From an uncultured Candidatus Binatia bacterium (GTDB lineage: Bacteria; Desulfobacterota; Binatia; UBA9968; CAXXLF01), in NCBI GenBank assembly GCA_965218425.1, contig OZ244621.1, forward strand, positions 32,001 to 96,000: DNA of 64,000 nt, in the 5' to 3' direction. Every line of letters begins with the position of its first letter. Positions within the stretch are counted from its first letter, which is position 1. The notes below the pieces were generated by a model. It did no database searches. It was not told where the DNA came from and saw nothing but the letters and a program-made list of their open reading frames with translations. A program made the translations under genes and the position numbers. This document shows positions 19,452-28,653 of the stretch, piece after piece.

Positions 19452-20578
19452 ACCTCTCGCCTGGTGTCGGTTACCGTGGAAAAACTAATCACATCGTTCT
19501 GTTTGGAATTTCGAATCACTCCTAGGGGGTCTTTCCCCTTTTTTACTTTCTCTATTTCCTTCTTGAGTAGCTTGCGAAGCACGATAATCCCTTTGTCTGC
19601 GGTGGCCAAATGCTCCTTGGTTCGGTCGAAGATTGCCCCTGCTGTCTCCCACGCCATGTAGTCCTGCATCCATACCCGACTCATGTCGTACACACCTTCG
19701 GAGTTCTTGTGATGGGCAGCGTATTCAACCGGCGGGTTTTCCAGCTGCTCGCTGCTTGCCCTGTCTTCCGATTCGAAGAAATAGACCTCATAGAATCGCG
19801 TATGGGCGTCATCCACGGGAACTCGATACTGGATATAGTGTTCACGGCCATGATGCTGCCGGAGAATGTTTGGAAAGACCAAAGGGTGGGCGTTTAACAG
19901 TTCCAACTTTCCACTATCGTTGGATGCAAATCTCTTTTTCATGATTCCGTACTCAAATACCTCGAATTCGTGTTTCGCAATGGGTTTACTGCCGTCACCA
20001 TGCACAGGTCTACCACCGCCCTGGCCGTGGAGATAATGCACATGTGTGGGGTCCACAGAGTTCTCCATGGGTTGCATCCAGTTACAGTCCAATTGAGGAA
20101 GCACTAGAATCTTTCGCTGTCCGTCTGTTCTTACCAATACATCAAACCGTGGCAGCAAGGGAACAGGCTTTGGCCCCATGTAGGTATAGAGGAGGCCTGC
20201 CAGTTTAGCCACGGGATAGGCACGGTGTTTGATTCGATTTTTATAGGTGCTCTCTGGTGGCTCCGCCGGTTGTTCAACGCACCTGCCTTCTCTACTATAG
20301 AGCCAGCCATGGTAAGGGCAGCGGATGTTTGGACCTTCAACCCTTCCGTAGGCCAGGGACGTGCCCCGGTGCGGGCATTGCTCACCCACCAGACCGTAGC
20401 CATGGTCATCCCCGCCGTAGAGCACCAGGTCTTCACCCAGGAGCCGGATCCGTTTGATGGGAGTATCCTTCAACTCTGCCGCCACCCCAACCGGGTGCCA
20501 GTAACGGCGCAGAAACTGACCAGCCGGAGTCCCCGGGCCCACACGAGTCAATATCTGATTTTCTTTTTGACTCAGCAT
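19436..20578 (-). CDS. Rieske non-heme iron oxygenase (phthalate 4,5-dioxygenase-like alpha subunit)
   Basis: CPHRG...CPYHGW Rieske site, ENSVDPTHVHYLH, QD, EHLATAD. Confidence 0.9.
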   Translation of the reverse strand: MLSQKENQILTRVGPGTPAGQFLRRYWHPVGVAAELKDTPIKRIRLLGEDLVLYGGDDHGYGLVGEQCPHRGTSLAYGRVEGPNIRCPYHGWLYSREGRCVEQPAEPPESTYKNRIKHRAYPVAKLAGLLYTYMGPKPVPLLPRFDVLVRTDGQRKILVLPQLDCNWMQPMENSVDPTHVHYLHGQGGGRPVHGDGSKPIAKHEFEVFEYGIMKKRFASNDSGKLELLNAHPLVFPNILRQHHGREHYIQYRVPVDDAHTRFYEVYFFESEDRASSEQLENPPVEYAAHHKNSEGVYDMSRVWMQDYMAWETAGAIFDRTKEHLATADKGIIVLRKLLKKEIEKVKKGKDPLGVIRNSKQNDVISFSTVTDTRREVWGAR

Positions 20579-20759
20579 AACCGTTCTCTCTGAAAGAAGT
20601 CAGTAAGACCCACCATGGCCATTTGATAGGGACTGCAACGTGAACCGTGAGAATCCGCACAAATCAAAAATTTAGATTCTTCAAGTCATGGATAATGGGA
20701 CTCGGCAGCCCAATGTAGGCAACCGCCCTGTGGACCCAAAGGTGAATAGAGGGGAGCCT

Positions 20760-21401
20760 TTAAAGTTTCAACCCAATGATTTCAAGGGTGGATTTGCCCT
20801 CGGCGAGTTCCTTTTTATACTGATCCTCTTTGTCTTCTCGCTGTTGCGAAGCTTCAATGGCCTGGGAGATCTCTCCCCGTGGAATCACCACCATCCCATC
20901 GCTGTCACCCACCAGGAGATCCCCCGGGTGGATCACCACGTCCCCAATTTTGAGTGGGGAATTGATGATCCCTTTTTCGTTTTTAATGGTTCCGTGAATG
21001 GCCAGCCCCCGTGAGAATACGGGGAATCCCATTTCTTCAATTAGATCTCGATCACGGACGCATCCATCGATAACCAGTCCTCCAATCCCCCGTTGCTGGG
21101 CCGCAAAGGTCATAATCTCTCCCCAATAGCCTCCCTCATAACCCCCGCCGACACTGACCACAAGAATGTCGCCGGGTTTTGCAAGATAAATGGCTCTATG
21201 AATCCCCAGATTGTCCATGGGAGGACAGCTCACGGTGAGCGCAGGACCGCACAGGGGCATGTTTGGGGCGATGGGTTTAATATCGTGGGGAAGCGCTCCC
21301 TTTCTCCCCATGGCCTCGTGAAAGGTGGCGGAAGGAAAAGAAGCCGCGCGTTTGATGAGGGCGGTGTCCGGACGGGTAAAATCTGCGTTGGTTTCAGCCA
21401 T
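20760..21401 (-). CDS. RraA family / HMG-CHA aldolase (LigK/GalC-like)
   Basis: ATFHEA, DNLGIH, WGEIMT, IDGCVRD, GDSDG. Confidence 0.85.
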   Translation of the reverse strand: MAETNADFTRPDTALIKRAASFPSATFHEAMGRKGALPHDIKPIAPNMPLCGPALTVSCPPMDNLGIHRAIYLAKPGDILVVSVGGGYEGGYWGEIMTFAAQQRGIGGLVIDGCVRDRDLIEEMGFPVFSRGLAIHGTIKNEKGIINSPLKIGDVVIHPGDLLVGDSDGMVVIPRGEISQAIEASQQREDKEDQYKKELAEGKSTLEIIGLKL

Positions 21402-21418
21402 GGAAAATCCTTTTAGCC

Positions 21419-22069
21419 TTAAGACGAACGGCTCTGGAGTTGATGGTAACCGTATTTCTTACGGGCCTCGTCCAGGCGTGTTCCTTTTAATGTCTCGCTG
21501 AGTAGATTGTGTTCTGCTTCGGAAATGGATTGCGCTACCGCAAGGACTTCTTCCTCTCGTTCTTTCGGGACCACCACGACTCCATCGTCGCTGCCCAGGA
21601 CAACATCTCCTTGGCAGACCTGTACGTCACCCAGGGAGACGGGGATGTTCATTCCATCCACCTGAACCCGGTCTTTCCCCGTACGCATAAATTTGCCGCG
21701 GCTAAAAATCGGATAGTGAAGTTCTAAACTCCTGGCGACATCGCGGCAGACGCCGTTGATGACCGTTCCCGCAACTCCCCGCTCGTGTGCGACGGAAGTC
21801 AGGATGTCCCCCCAAACCGTACAGTCAATACGGCCGGCGTTGTCAAGGACAACCACGTCACCGGGAGGCACATCATCGATGTAATCGCCCACGGTTCCTT
21901 TGACCACTCCAACGGGAATATACTTCAGGGTGAAGGCCCGTCCCGCCATGCGGCTTCCCATTGCCAGGGGCGAGATCCCGAGACATGTGCCATGCATTCC
22001 CAAACGATCCATGGCATCCGAAACCGCTGCAACCGACAGCCCCTTAAAGGCCTCAATCCGAGCATCCAT
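21419..22069 (-). CDS. RraA family protein (aldolase-like)
   Basis: VSDAMD, WGDILT, INGVCRD. Confidence 0.85.
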   Translation of the reverse strand: MDARIEAFKGLSVAAVSDAMDRLGMHGTCLGISPLAMGSRMAGRAFTLKYIPVGVVKGTVGDYIDDVPPGDVVVLDNAGRIDCTVWGDILTSVAHERGVAGTVINGVCRDVARSLELHYPIFSRGKFMRTGKDRVQVDGMNIPVSLGDVQVCQGDVVLGSDDGVVVVPKEREEEVLAVAQSISEAEHNLLSETLKGTRLDEARKKYGYHQLQSRSS

Positions 22070-22084
22070 GTTTGATCATCCTCC

Positions 22085-22744
22085 TTATTTCTTTAGCATC
22101 GATTCATACCCAAGGTCGGCCATGACTTCAACCACCGGCCGACCCGCTCGAATCCCTTCAGCCATGCGGGCTTCGGTGGCAAGCAGGGCTTCGGCTTGGG
22201 TCAGGACCTCTTCTTCTTTATCACGTGGAATAATAACAACCCCGCTGTGATCGGCTATGACGAGATCTCCCGGATGGACCTGCACCTCGCCGAAGGCGAT
22301 CTCCTCGTTGAAGGACTTCTGCATCACCCGGCCCCTGGCCGTACAGGGTACCGCAGCCCGGGCAAAGACCGGAAATCCCGCGTCTCGGGAATCGTCAACG
22401 TCCCGGCAGGCCCCATCGATAACCACGCCGCTCAGACCCTTGACCTTGGAGGCCAGGGAAAGAAGGCCGCCCCAAACGGAAACATCAGGTCGCCCAGCGT
22501 TATCAATGACGATCACATCACCTGCATTGGCGGCATCTATGGCCGGTGTCCCGATATGCTGGGTGGATTTATCCAAACCGGCCGGTTTGATTTTAACGGT
22601 GACGGCACGGCCGACGATCCGCGAACAGGGCCATACAGGACGAATTCCAATGGTTGCCCCCTTTAACCCCAATCGATCCAGCGCGTCTGAAACGCCGCAG
22701 GTGTCGAGTTTCGCCAAACGTGCGACTTGAGAATCTTGAGCCAT
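22085..22744 (-). CDS. RraA family protein (aldolase-like)
   Basis: VSDALD, WGGLLS, IDGACRD; start at MAQDSQ. Confidence 0.85.
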   Translation of the reverse strand: MAQDSQVARLAKLDTCGVSDALDRLGLKGATIGIRPVWPCSRIVGRAVTVKIKPAGLDKSTQHIGTPAIDAANAGDVIVIDNAGRPDVSVWGGLLSLASKVKGLSGVVIDGACRDVDDSRDAGFPVFARAAVPCTARGRVMQKSFNEEIAFGEVQVHPGDLVIADHSGVVIIPRDKEEEVLTQAEALLATEARMAEGIRAGRPVVEVMADLGYESMLKK

Positions 22745-22860
22745 GAGTCTTTCTCCCCTTTGGTTTAGTCCTGTCACTTAAAGCATAACCAAGGATTCTT
22801 GACAAGGCGTAGGACCGGTGGTAAGCACGCGAATTATCACGACTACGAGGAGGAATTGGA

Positions 22861-23655
22861 ATGGTCCAGGTCCCGGAGCTCCGCGCCGGAGTCAAGATGT
22901 TATCCAACGACGCCAAAGCCTATGTGGATCATCTTTATTCCACAATGTACGCGCACTGGCAGGAAAAGATACCCAACAGCCCATTCATGACCCAGCTATG
23001 TGAGGGAAAACTGCCCATGCCCGTCATTCGTCAGTTTTTCAAAAACTGGGGCCACTTCTCCCTCGATGTCAATGCATTGAATGCGCTCTCTTATCACACC
23101 CACCTTCCCTTCTTCATTCAACACTTCGATCTGTTTGGACCGTTCTGCGGAAAGATTGCCGATGAGCTCATCTCACCCAAGCCTCCAGGGCACGTGCTTG
23201 TCTTGATTCAAACCGCGGAAGCGATGGGCCTGAGTAAAAAAGAAGTGTTAGAGGAACCCTATTTACCCGAGGCCCGGGCTCTCAATGACTTTACTCACAA
23301 GGTTTTTTTTGACGGCTCCCTTGTGGAGCTGTGGGGCATGCATGTGTTTGAGGAATCCCTGGCCCACTGGTCCGGCACCTGGTTCACGGCGCTTACCACT
23401 AAATACAATTTTACCAGGGAACAGGCGGTTTATTTCTCTACTCACGAGGAAGCCGATCTAGCACCCCATGCCCTCGGCCAGGGCGGCCATGAGGCCATGG
23501 GTCATGGAACATTCAACCGTGCGGTTCTCCAGCGCGCCCTGGAGACTGGACATGTGGAGTTCAAGGCAGGTTATTCTCTGGAGTACTGTGCTCTGACCAT
23601 GGTGGACCTTCATGCCCAGATGAAACGCGCAGCCATGGAGAACCCCTACCCCTAA
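22861..23655 (+). CDS. Heme-oxygenase-like (TenA/PqqC/CADD-type) dimetal redox protein
   Basis: Helical protein with PF...GKL, ADE...GH, FEE and YFSTHEEAD...H patterns; GAGGAGG RBS. Confidence 0.7.
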   Translation: MVQVPELRAGVKMLSNDAKAYVDHLYSTMYAHWQEKIPNSPFMTQLCEGKLPMPVIRQFFKNWGHFSLDVNALNALSYHTHLPFFIQHFDLFGPFCGKIADELISPKPPGHVLVLIQTAEAMGLSKKEVLEEPYLPEARALNDFTHKVFFDGSLVELWGMHVFEESLAHWSGTWFTALTTKYNFTREQAVYFSTHEEADLAPHALGQGGHEAMGHGTFNRAVLQRALETGHVEFKAGYSLEYCALTMVDLHAQMKRAAMENPYP

Positions 23656-24389
23656 GGCGCTTTACGCCTTGGAGCAGTGGACAGTCGAGAAGTAGAGAGG
23701 CGCTTATTCCTCATCATAGCTCTACTCAAAATTTTTATCCTGATAGGCCTCAGCAGGCATGAGGGTCTTTAGTCCCCTCTTTGCCAGTTCCCCTTCAAAT
23801 GTTTCTCTGATCCATGGATCTTCATCCGGATATTCGATCTGGTCCCTCGCCCTGTCCTGCACCTTTTCGCTGTAAGCATTCAGGCCCCTTGGCGAGTGAA
23901 AGGCCAGGTATCTAGACGGAAGGCCGCTGACATTGAAGTGTTGGTGAAACCACCGGTCGGGAGGCACGAACACGCTGGCCTCATGCCACGGAATCACGAC
24001 TCTTTCCTTACCCTCCGGCCACATGACAGAGAAGCCCTCCCCGTCGGGAATGACGATCACCACTCCGGGCCCATGCCTGTGGGCCTTTTTGTAGGTTCGA
24101 GACGGGAAAATCGACATATGGCTCCACAGGGGTGAGCTGGGAAATCGTATCCAGACAGCGCGCCCCCCGGCTCCCCTTCCTCTGAAAGGCACCAGTTGGT
24201 CCCAGGCTTTCATGTCCGGGAAAAAATTACCATACCAGAAGGCGCCGCCACCGCCGGGGGAAGCCGGTCTTCCGCCCGCCCGGGTGGCATCTTTTGATTG
24301 CCTGACGAGCTGTGCCTGTGAATAGAATTCACCCCCGTGACCGTACACGACATCAAGGTCTGACCTGCCCCCAGGAGTGGTACCACCCT

Positions 24390-25286
24390 TTAAGTTAGAG
24401 CCGGAATTATCTGGAGTCCAGCCCATGGGGATGAATTCCCAGCCTGCGCTCTGGGCAGAAAGGCCTCCGGTGCCGGAGAACGATAGCCCAGGGCGCTGTG
24501 AGGCCGCCGCTGGTTATACTCTCTTCTCCATCTTTCGATCAGCACCTGAGCTTCCCTCAGGGTTTCAAACACCTCCCGGTTGAGCAGCTCATCCCTGAGT
24601 TTTCCGTTAAAACTCTCCACGTAGCCATTCTCCCAAGGACTGCCAGGCTCGATGTAGAGTGTCCTGACACCAATGGCCTTGAGCCAGTCCCGGATAGCCT
24701 GAGCCGTAAACTCGGGGCCATTGTCGGACCGAAGGGACTGCGGCACGCCCCGTTCCACGAATAGCTCCGCTAACCGTTCCAGCACATCCCGGTGATTCAT
24801 CCGTCTGGCCACATCAATCGCCAAGCACTCCCGGGTGTATTCATCCAGGATGCTCAACAGCCGAAAGGCCCGACCGTCTTCGGTTCGCTCGTGCACGAAG
24901 TCATAACTCCACACATGGTTTCGATGCGCCGGTCTCAGGCGAATGCAGGAGCCATCAGTCAACCGGAGCCTCCCTCGCTTAGGCTGACGGCTGAGGACTT
25001 TCAGCCCTTCCTGCCTCCAGAGCCTCTCCACTCGCTTGTGGTTGACCTTCCACCCCTCCCCACGCAGCATGGCCGTAATCCTCCGGTAGCCGTATCGCCC
25101 GTATTCGCTGGCCAGCTCCATCATCCGAGCCACTAGTCTTGCTTCCTCTTCCGGGATCTCTCGGACTCTTCGTTGCGTCGATCGCGGCTGTCCCAACACT
25201 TGGCAAGCCCGGCGTTCGGAGACTCGATCAGGTCCCAATCTTTCTCTGGCCCATATCACCGCTCGTCTCCTCTTCGCCGGGCCTAG
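24390..25286 (-). CDS. IS3 transposase OrfB (rve/DDE domain), reached by -1 frameshift; 5' limit approximate
   Basis: [41 protein letters not shown] slippery site at the end of orfA. Confidence 0.9.
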   Translation of the reverse strand, partial: LGPAKRRRAVIWARERLGPDRVSERRACQVLGQPRSTQRRVREIPEEEARLVARMMELASEYGRYGYRRITAMLRGEGWKVNHKRVERLWRQEGLKVLSRQPKRGRLRLTDGSCIRLRPAHRNHVWSYDFVHERTEDGRAFRLLSILDEYTRECLAIDVARRMNHRDVLERLAELFVERGVPQSLRSDNGPEFTAQAIRDWLKAIGVRTLYIEPGSPWENGYVESFNGKLRDELLNREVFETLREAQVLIERWRREYNQRRPHSALGYRSPAPEAFLPRAQAGNSSPWAGLQIIPALT

Positions 25287-25561
25287 AAGTTTCCCGAGGA
25301 CACTTCCTTCAGGATCTGGTTGTCCAGCGATAGATCCGCCACCAGCTTCTTCAACCGCGCATTCTCCTTGTCCAAGGCCTTGAGCCTCTTGGCCTGATCC
25401 ATCTTCAGGCCTCCATATTCCTTCCTCCACCGGTAGTAGGTCTGCACGGTTACCCCCACCTGCTTGCACACCTGGCCCACCGCCTTCCCTTGGGCCAAGC
25501 TCACCTCCGCCTCACGCAGCTTGAGGATAATCTGCTCGGCCGTAAATCGCTTTCTTGCCAT
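25283..25561 (-). CDS. IS3 transposase OrfA (HTH)
   Basis: RFTAEQII...[11 protein letters not shown]...[18 protein letters not shown]. Confidence 0.93.
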   Translation of the reverse strand: MARKRFTAEQIILKLREAEVSLAQGKAVGQVCKQVGVTVQTYYRWRKEYGGLKMDQAKRLKALDKENARLKKLVADLSLDNQILKEVSSGNF

Positions 25562-26180
25562 CCTTGCCTCCTTCCTAAAATCAAAATCCCTAACATTTCA
25601 CCTGGACTCGTTTTAGGGGGCAAGGTCAGGTCCACATAAGGGTTGTCGAAATAGAACCTCACGTCGGGCACGATGGACATTGAAATGGGGAGGTAATTGT
25701 AATGCAGCAACCGTACCGGCTTGTCGCCCCGCATGTTACTCAACGGGTGGCTGTAATTACGAGGAACTAAAAACCTGCTGTGTTTTTGCCACTCGAAAGT
25801 CTTTTTAGTCTTTTCTTCTCCTCCCCACAGGGTGGTTAGGCCGCGTCCCTCCACGACGTACACGATCTCGTCCAAGGTAAACTTTAGCGGAGGTAGAGTT
25901 CTTCCGGGTGCGATTTCTGACACGCGGGCCTCACTGACCCCTTCCTGGCCCGCAAGCTTTAGAAAGGCTGCACGACACTCCCTTTCGGGCCACTCTCCCA
26001 GCTCCAGGGTCCTCAAATCTTCAAGGTAATACCCTTTATGGATTGGAATTCCCGTGGACTCGATCCATTCATCGTAGGCAGAAGTGCGCCTCAAAAACTT
26101 GCCGCCGCATTATCGGTTATTACCTCTGTAACACTAGGAGCTGCGGCCATACCGTCCTTTTTCCGTGTCCCGAATAACCG

Positions 26181-27230
26181 TCAACTCACTTTGAGAAGCG
26201 GGAATATCCTTTTTGCCGTACCGGCAAAGATCTTCATCTTATCCTCAGCACTGAGAAAGCCAATGCTGTCAATCACTGGAATCAGGTCATCCGAGGGTTT
26301 GTCCGTTTCTGGATTCATGACTCCAGAGCCTGTGCCCGGAGCCTCGGTTCCGAAAAGCATGCGCTCTGTTCCTCTTTGTTTGATGGCGGTGGCAAGAAAG
26401 TCCTTGTCATAAGCACAGGTATCAAAGAATAGATTGTTGCTGAGGTCCATTTGGCGACGGCCTCCTCCTTGCCTCTGAATCCCCATACCCACCTGGCCCC
26501 CTGAGGATTCCCCGGAGGCTCTGGACCCGCGAGGAAGGATGCGTCTGAGCGCGCCACCGCAATGGCAGATGATGATCTTGAGGTTTGGAAACCGTTCGAA
26601 GACATCGCTGTGCTCCAGAAGGAGCGTGGCCAAAGTCTCCTCCGTAACGTTATTGTACTGGTAATTGTGGGGAATGATTTCAATGCGAGGGTCCCGACTG
26701 ATGGAAGGGTGAACAATGAGAGGAGCGTTCCACTCCTGTGCCTTTTCATAGAGTGGAAACCAGTATTCCTTGTCCATGCCAGGCGTTTGCCGATCCGCGC
26801 CAGGATCCGGGTTCACCATGGCACCCACGAATCCCAACTCTTTGATGCATCTTTCGAGTTCCGGGATACAGTTTTTGCTGTCCAATTTGGAATTTTGGGG
26901 GAGCTGGGCGATCCCCACAAAGCGGTTTGGATACATTTTACAGTGCTGTTGGATGATATTGTTTGTGATTCGAGTCCATTTTTCCACGAGGAAGGCCGCC
27001 TCCCAGTGCATAAACGCCACCGGTCTGGCTGAAATCATCTGGACATCGATATTTCTGTCATCCATTATCCTCAGGTGCCGCTCTAGGGCTGTCTGCATAA
27101 GTTCATCGGAGATCTCAAGGTCTCCGTCCCCCGGGCTCCTCAGGGCGATAAGATTATAGGCGTAGGCCCTGAAATGGGGTGGGGTCGACATATGACCATG
27201 CACGTCAATTACTTTTTGTCCGTTATACAT
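26181..27230 (-). CDS. Amidohydrolase family protein, LigJ (4-oxalomesaconate hydratase)-like
   Basis: IDVHGH, ELERCIKELGFVG, NPDP, CHCGG, FDTC, LFGTE. Confidence 0.82.
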   Translation of the reverse strand: MYNGQKVIDVHGHMSTPPHFRAYAYNLIALRSPGDGDLEISDELMQTALERHLRIMDDRNIDVQMISARPVAFMHWEAAFLVEKWTRITNNIIQQHCKMYPNRFVGIAQLPQNSKLDSKNCIPELERCIKELGFVGAMVNPDPGADRQTPGMDKEYWFPLYEKAQEWNAPLIVHPSISRDPRIEIIPHNYQYNNVTEETLATLLLEHSDVFERFPNLKIIICHCGGALRRILPRGSRASGESSGGQVGMGIQRQGGGRRQMDLSNNLFFDTCAYDKDFLATAIKQRGTERMLFGTEAPGTGSGVMNPETDKPSDDLIPVIDSIGFLSAEDKMKIFAGTAKRIFPLLKVS

Positions 27231-27477
27231 CGTTTTCTCCTTTCACTGCTGGCTCTTTTAGTGCCGGGGACTGGGAGCAATAAATTATTGGTTAAAATTC
27301 ACCATACTTTCTCGACGTCTACTTAGAGAAAAAATGGAGATCCTATCAAGAAAGAGAGCGGGTCCATTGACTTAGCCATAGCAATCGTGATTTAGTTAAC
27401 CCTACCGAATGTAATTCCTTCGGGTAACCCATAAGTCCTTAAATGTTTGTGCGGCCATTAACTCAAGGGAGGTGCTT

Positions 27478-27864
27478 ATGAAAACTGTCCGAATATTTTT
27501 GGTTGCCGCCTTGGCCCTGTTCTTGTTTCTCGACAGCAGTTGGGCGCAAGGGAAAAGAGGCTCCAGCGGAAAGCGGTTAAAGGAAATGACGGTGGTAATC
27601 AGCGAGGTGGGCGATGCTACCATTGGCTATCAAGTGGAGCGAAGGGGAAGGCTTCGTACGACATACATCGGAATCGCTTCAGTGACCAAGATCAAAAAAG
27701 ATGGCAAGGATCTAACTATTAAGGAGCTAAAGAAAACCGATAAGGTGGTTGTCACTTTGTACCAAGATCCTGAGGATCCCTATTTCCCTGCCCTCTCTGT
27801 CAAAGTGATCGGCAAGGGAGAGCTGATGAAGCGCGCTCGAAAGGGAAAGAAAAAGAAAAGTTAG
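27478..27864 (+). CDS. Small basic exported hypothetical protein
   Basis: GGAGG RBS, signal-peptide-like N-terminus ending SWA, Lys-rich tail, OB-fold-like TKIKKDGK...LK..DKV segment. Confidence 0.7.
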   Translation: MKTVRIFLVAALALFLFLDSSWAQGKRGSSGKRLKEMTVVISEVGDATIGYQVERRGRLRTTYIGIASVTKIKKDGKDLTIKELKKTDKVVVTLYQDPEDPYFPALSVKVIGKGELMKRARKGKKKKS

Positions 27865-27897
27865 TTCCTCGAGCCCTTTTCCGATCCCGTGTGGGGT

Positions 27898-28644
27898 TTA
27901 ATCGGGCTTACCCAGCAGTCTTGAGTAAAATCGCCAAGCGGAAGTGAGGTGTCCCGTGGTTCTACGTCCTCCTTCCGCTGTCATGTTGCCAATGCTCTCA
28001 AAGGCTTTGATGTCCTCGTCGGGAATGGGTTCCGGAGTACCCAAAAGGGACGCCTGGTAATTCATTTCCGCTAGTTGGTTGAGCTTGATGGCCGTAACCG
28101 TGGCTTCTTGAACGCTTTGGCCAACTGAAGTGATGCCGTGGCCTCGCATGAGACAGACTCTTTTATCGCCGATGGCCTGAGCAAACTCTTTGCCTCGCTC
28201 GTCATTGGAAATCAAAATACTCCGTCTGTAATTAGCGATACCATCCGTATAGATTCTGAGGCCCGATGGGTCGTAGGCGCCGTAAAGGGGAAGGAGCGGC
28301 TTGTTGCAGATGGTAAAAAGGACCACGGTGGGCGGGTGAATATGAATGACGCTTTGCACGTCCGGCCTGGTTTTATAGATCCAAGTGTGAATGAAGACCT
28401 CCTGGGGCCGGGCGAGGCCTTCGTCTCCCTCCAGCTTGTTCCCGTTGAGGTCAACCGTGATGACCTCTCGGGCCGTGGTGAACCTCACCCCTTCTTCCTC
28501 GGGACCCCTTGCCCTGATGAGGACCTTGTCGGTTCCTTCAACCCGAGCGCTCACATGGCCGGTTGCTTCTTTGGTCAAATTCAATTTTCCCAGGATGCGG
28601 CAAGACTCCGCAACGACCTCTTTGAGTTCCTGCACATTTGCCAT
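27898..28644 (-). CDS. Class II aldolase/adducin family protein
   Basis: GHVSAR, EVFIH, VIHIHP, MRGHG. Confidence 0.88.
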   Translation of the reverse strand: MANVQELKEVVAESCRILGKLNLTKEATGHVSARVEGTDKVLIRARGPEEEGVRFTTAREVITVDLNGNKLEGDEGLARPQEVFIHTWIYKTRPDVQSVIHIHPPTVVLFTICNKPLLPLYGAYDPSGLRIYTDGIANYRRSILISNDERGKEFAQAIGDKRVCLMRGHGITSVGQSVQEATVTAIKLNQLAEMNYQASLLGTPEPIPDEDIKAFESIGNMTAEGGRRTTGHLTSAWRFYSRLLGKPD

Positions 28645-28653
28645 ATGTCCTCC

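Larger units (their letters stand above)
24361..25628 (-). mobile_element. IS3-family insertion sequence (IS407-like group), 1268 bp
   Basis: TG...CA ends. Inverted repeats TGACCTGCCCCC and GGGGGCAAGGTCA. 4-bp target duplication GGTC at 24357-24360 and 25629-25632. Confidence 0.95.
23704..26150 (-). pseudogene. Bicupin (gentisate 1,2-dioxygenase-like) gene split by the IS3 element
   Basis: Removing the IS and one GGTC copy restores ...DNPYVD-LDVVYGHGG... in frame. KKAHRHGPG and WFHQHFN cupin motifs. The RBS-led ATG at 26150 is out of frame, and the TAG at 23722-23724 may be premature. Confidence 0.8.

Noticed and set aside
9371..23724. TAG at two probable Trp positions suggesting stop-codon recoding or pyrrolysine
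   Set aside because: Intact genes such as thiI and the AAA+ ATPase end normally in TAG, other lesions are TAA and TGA, and no pyl genes are present
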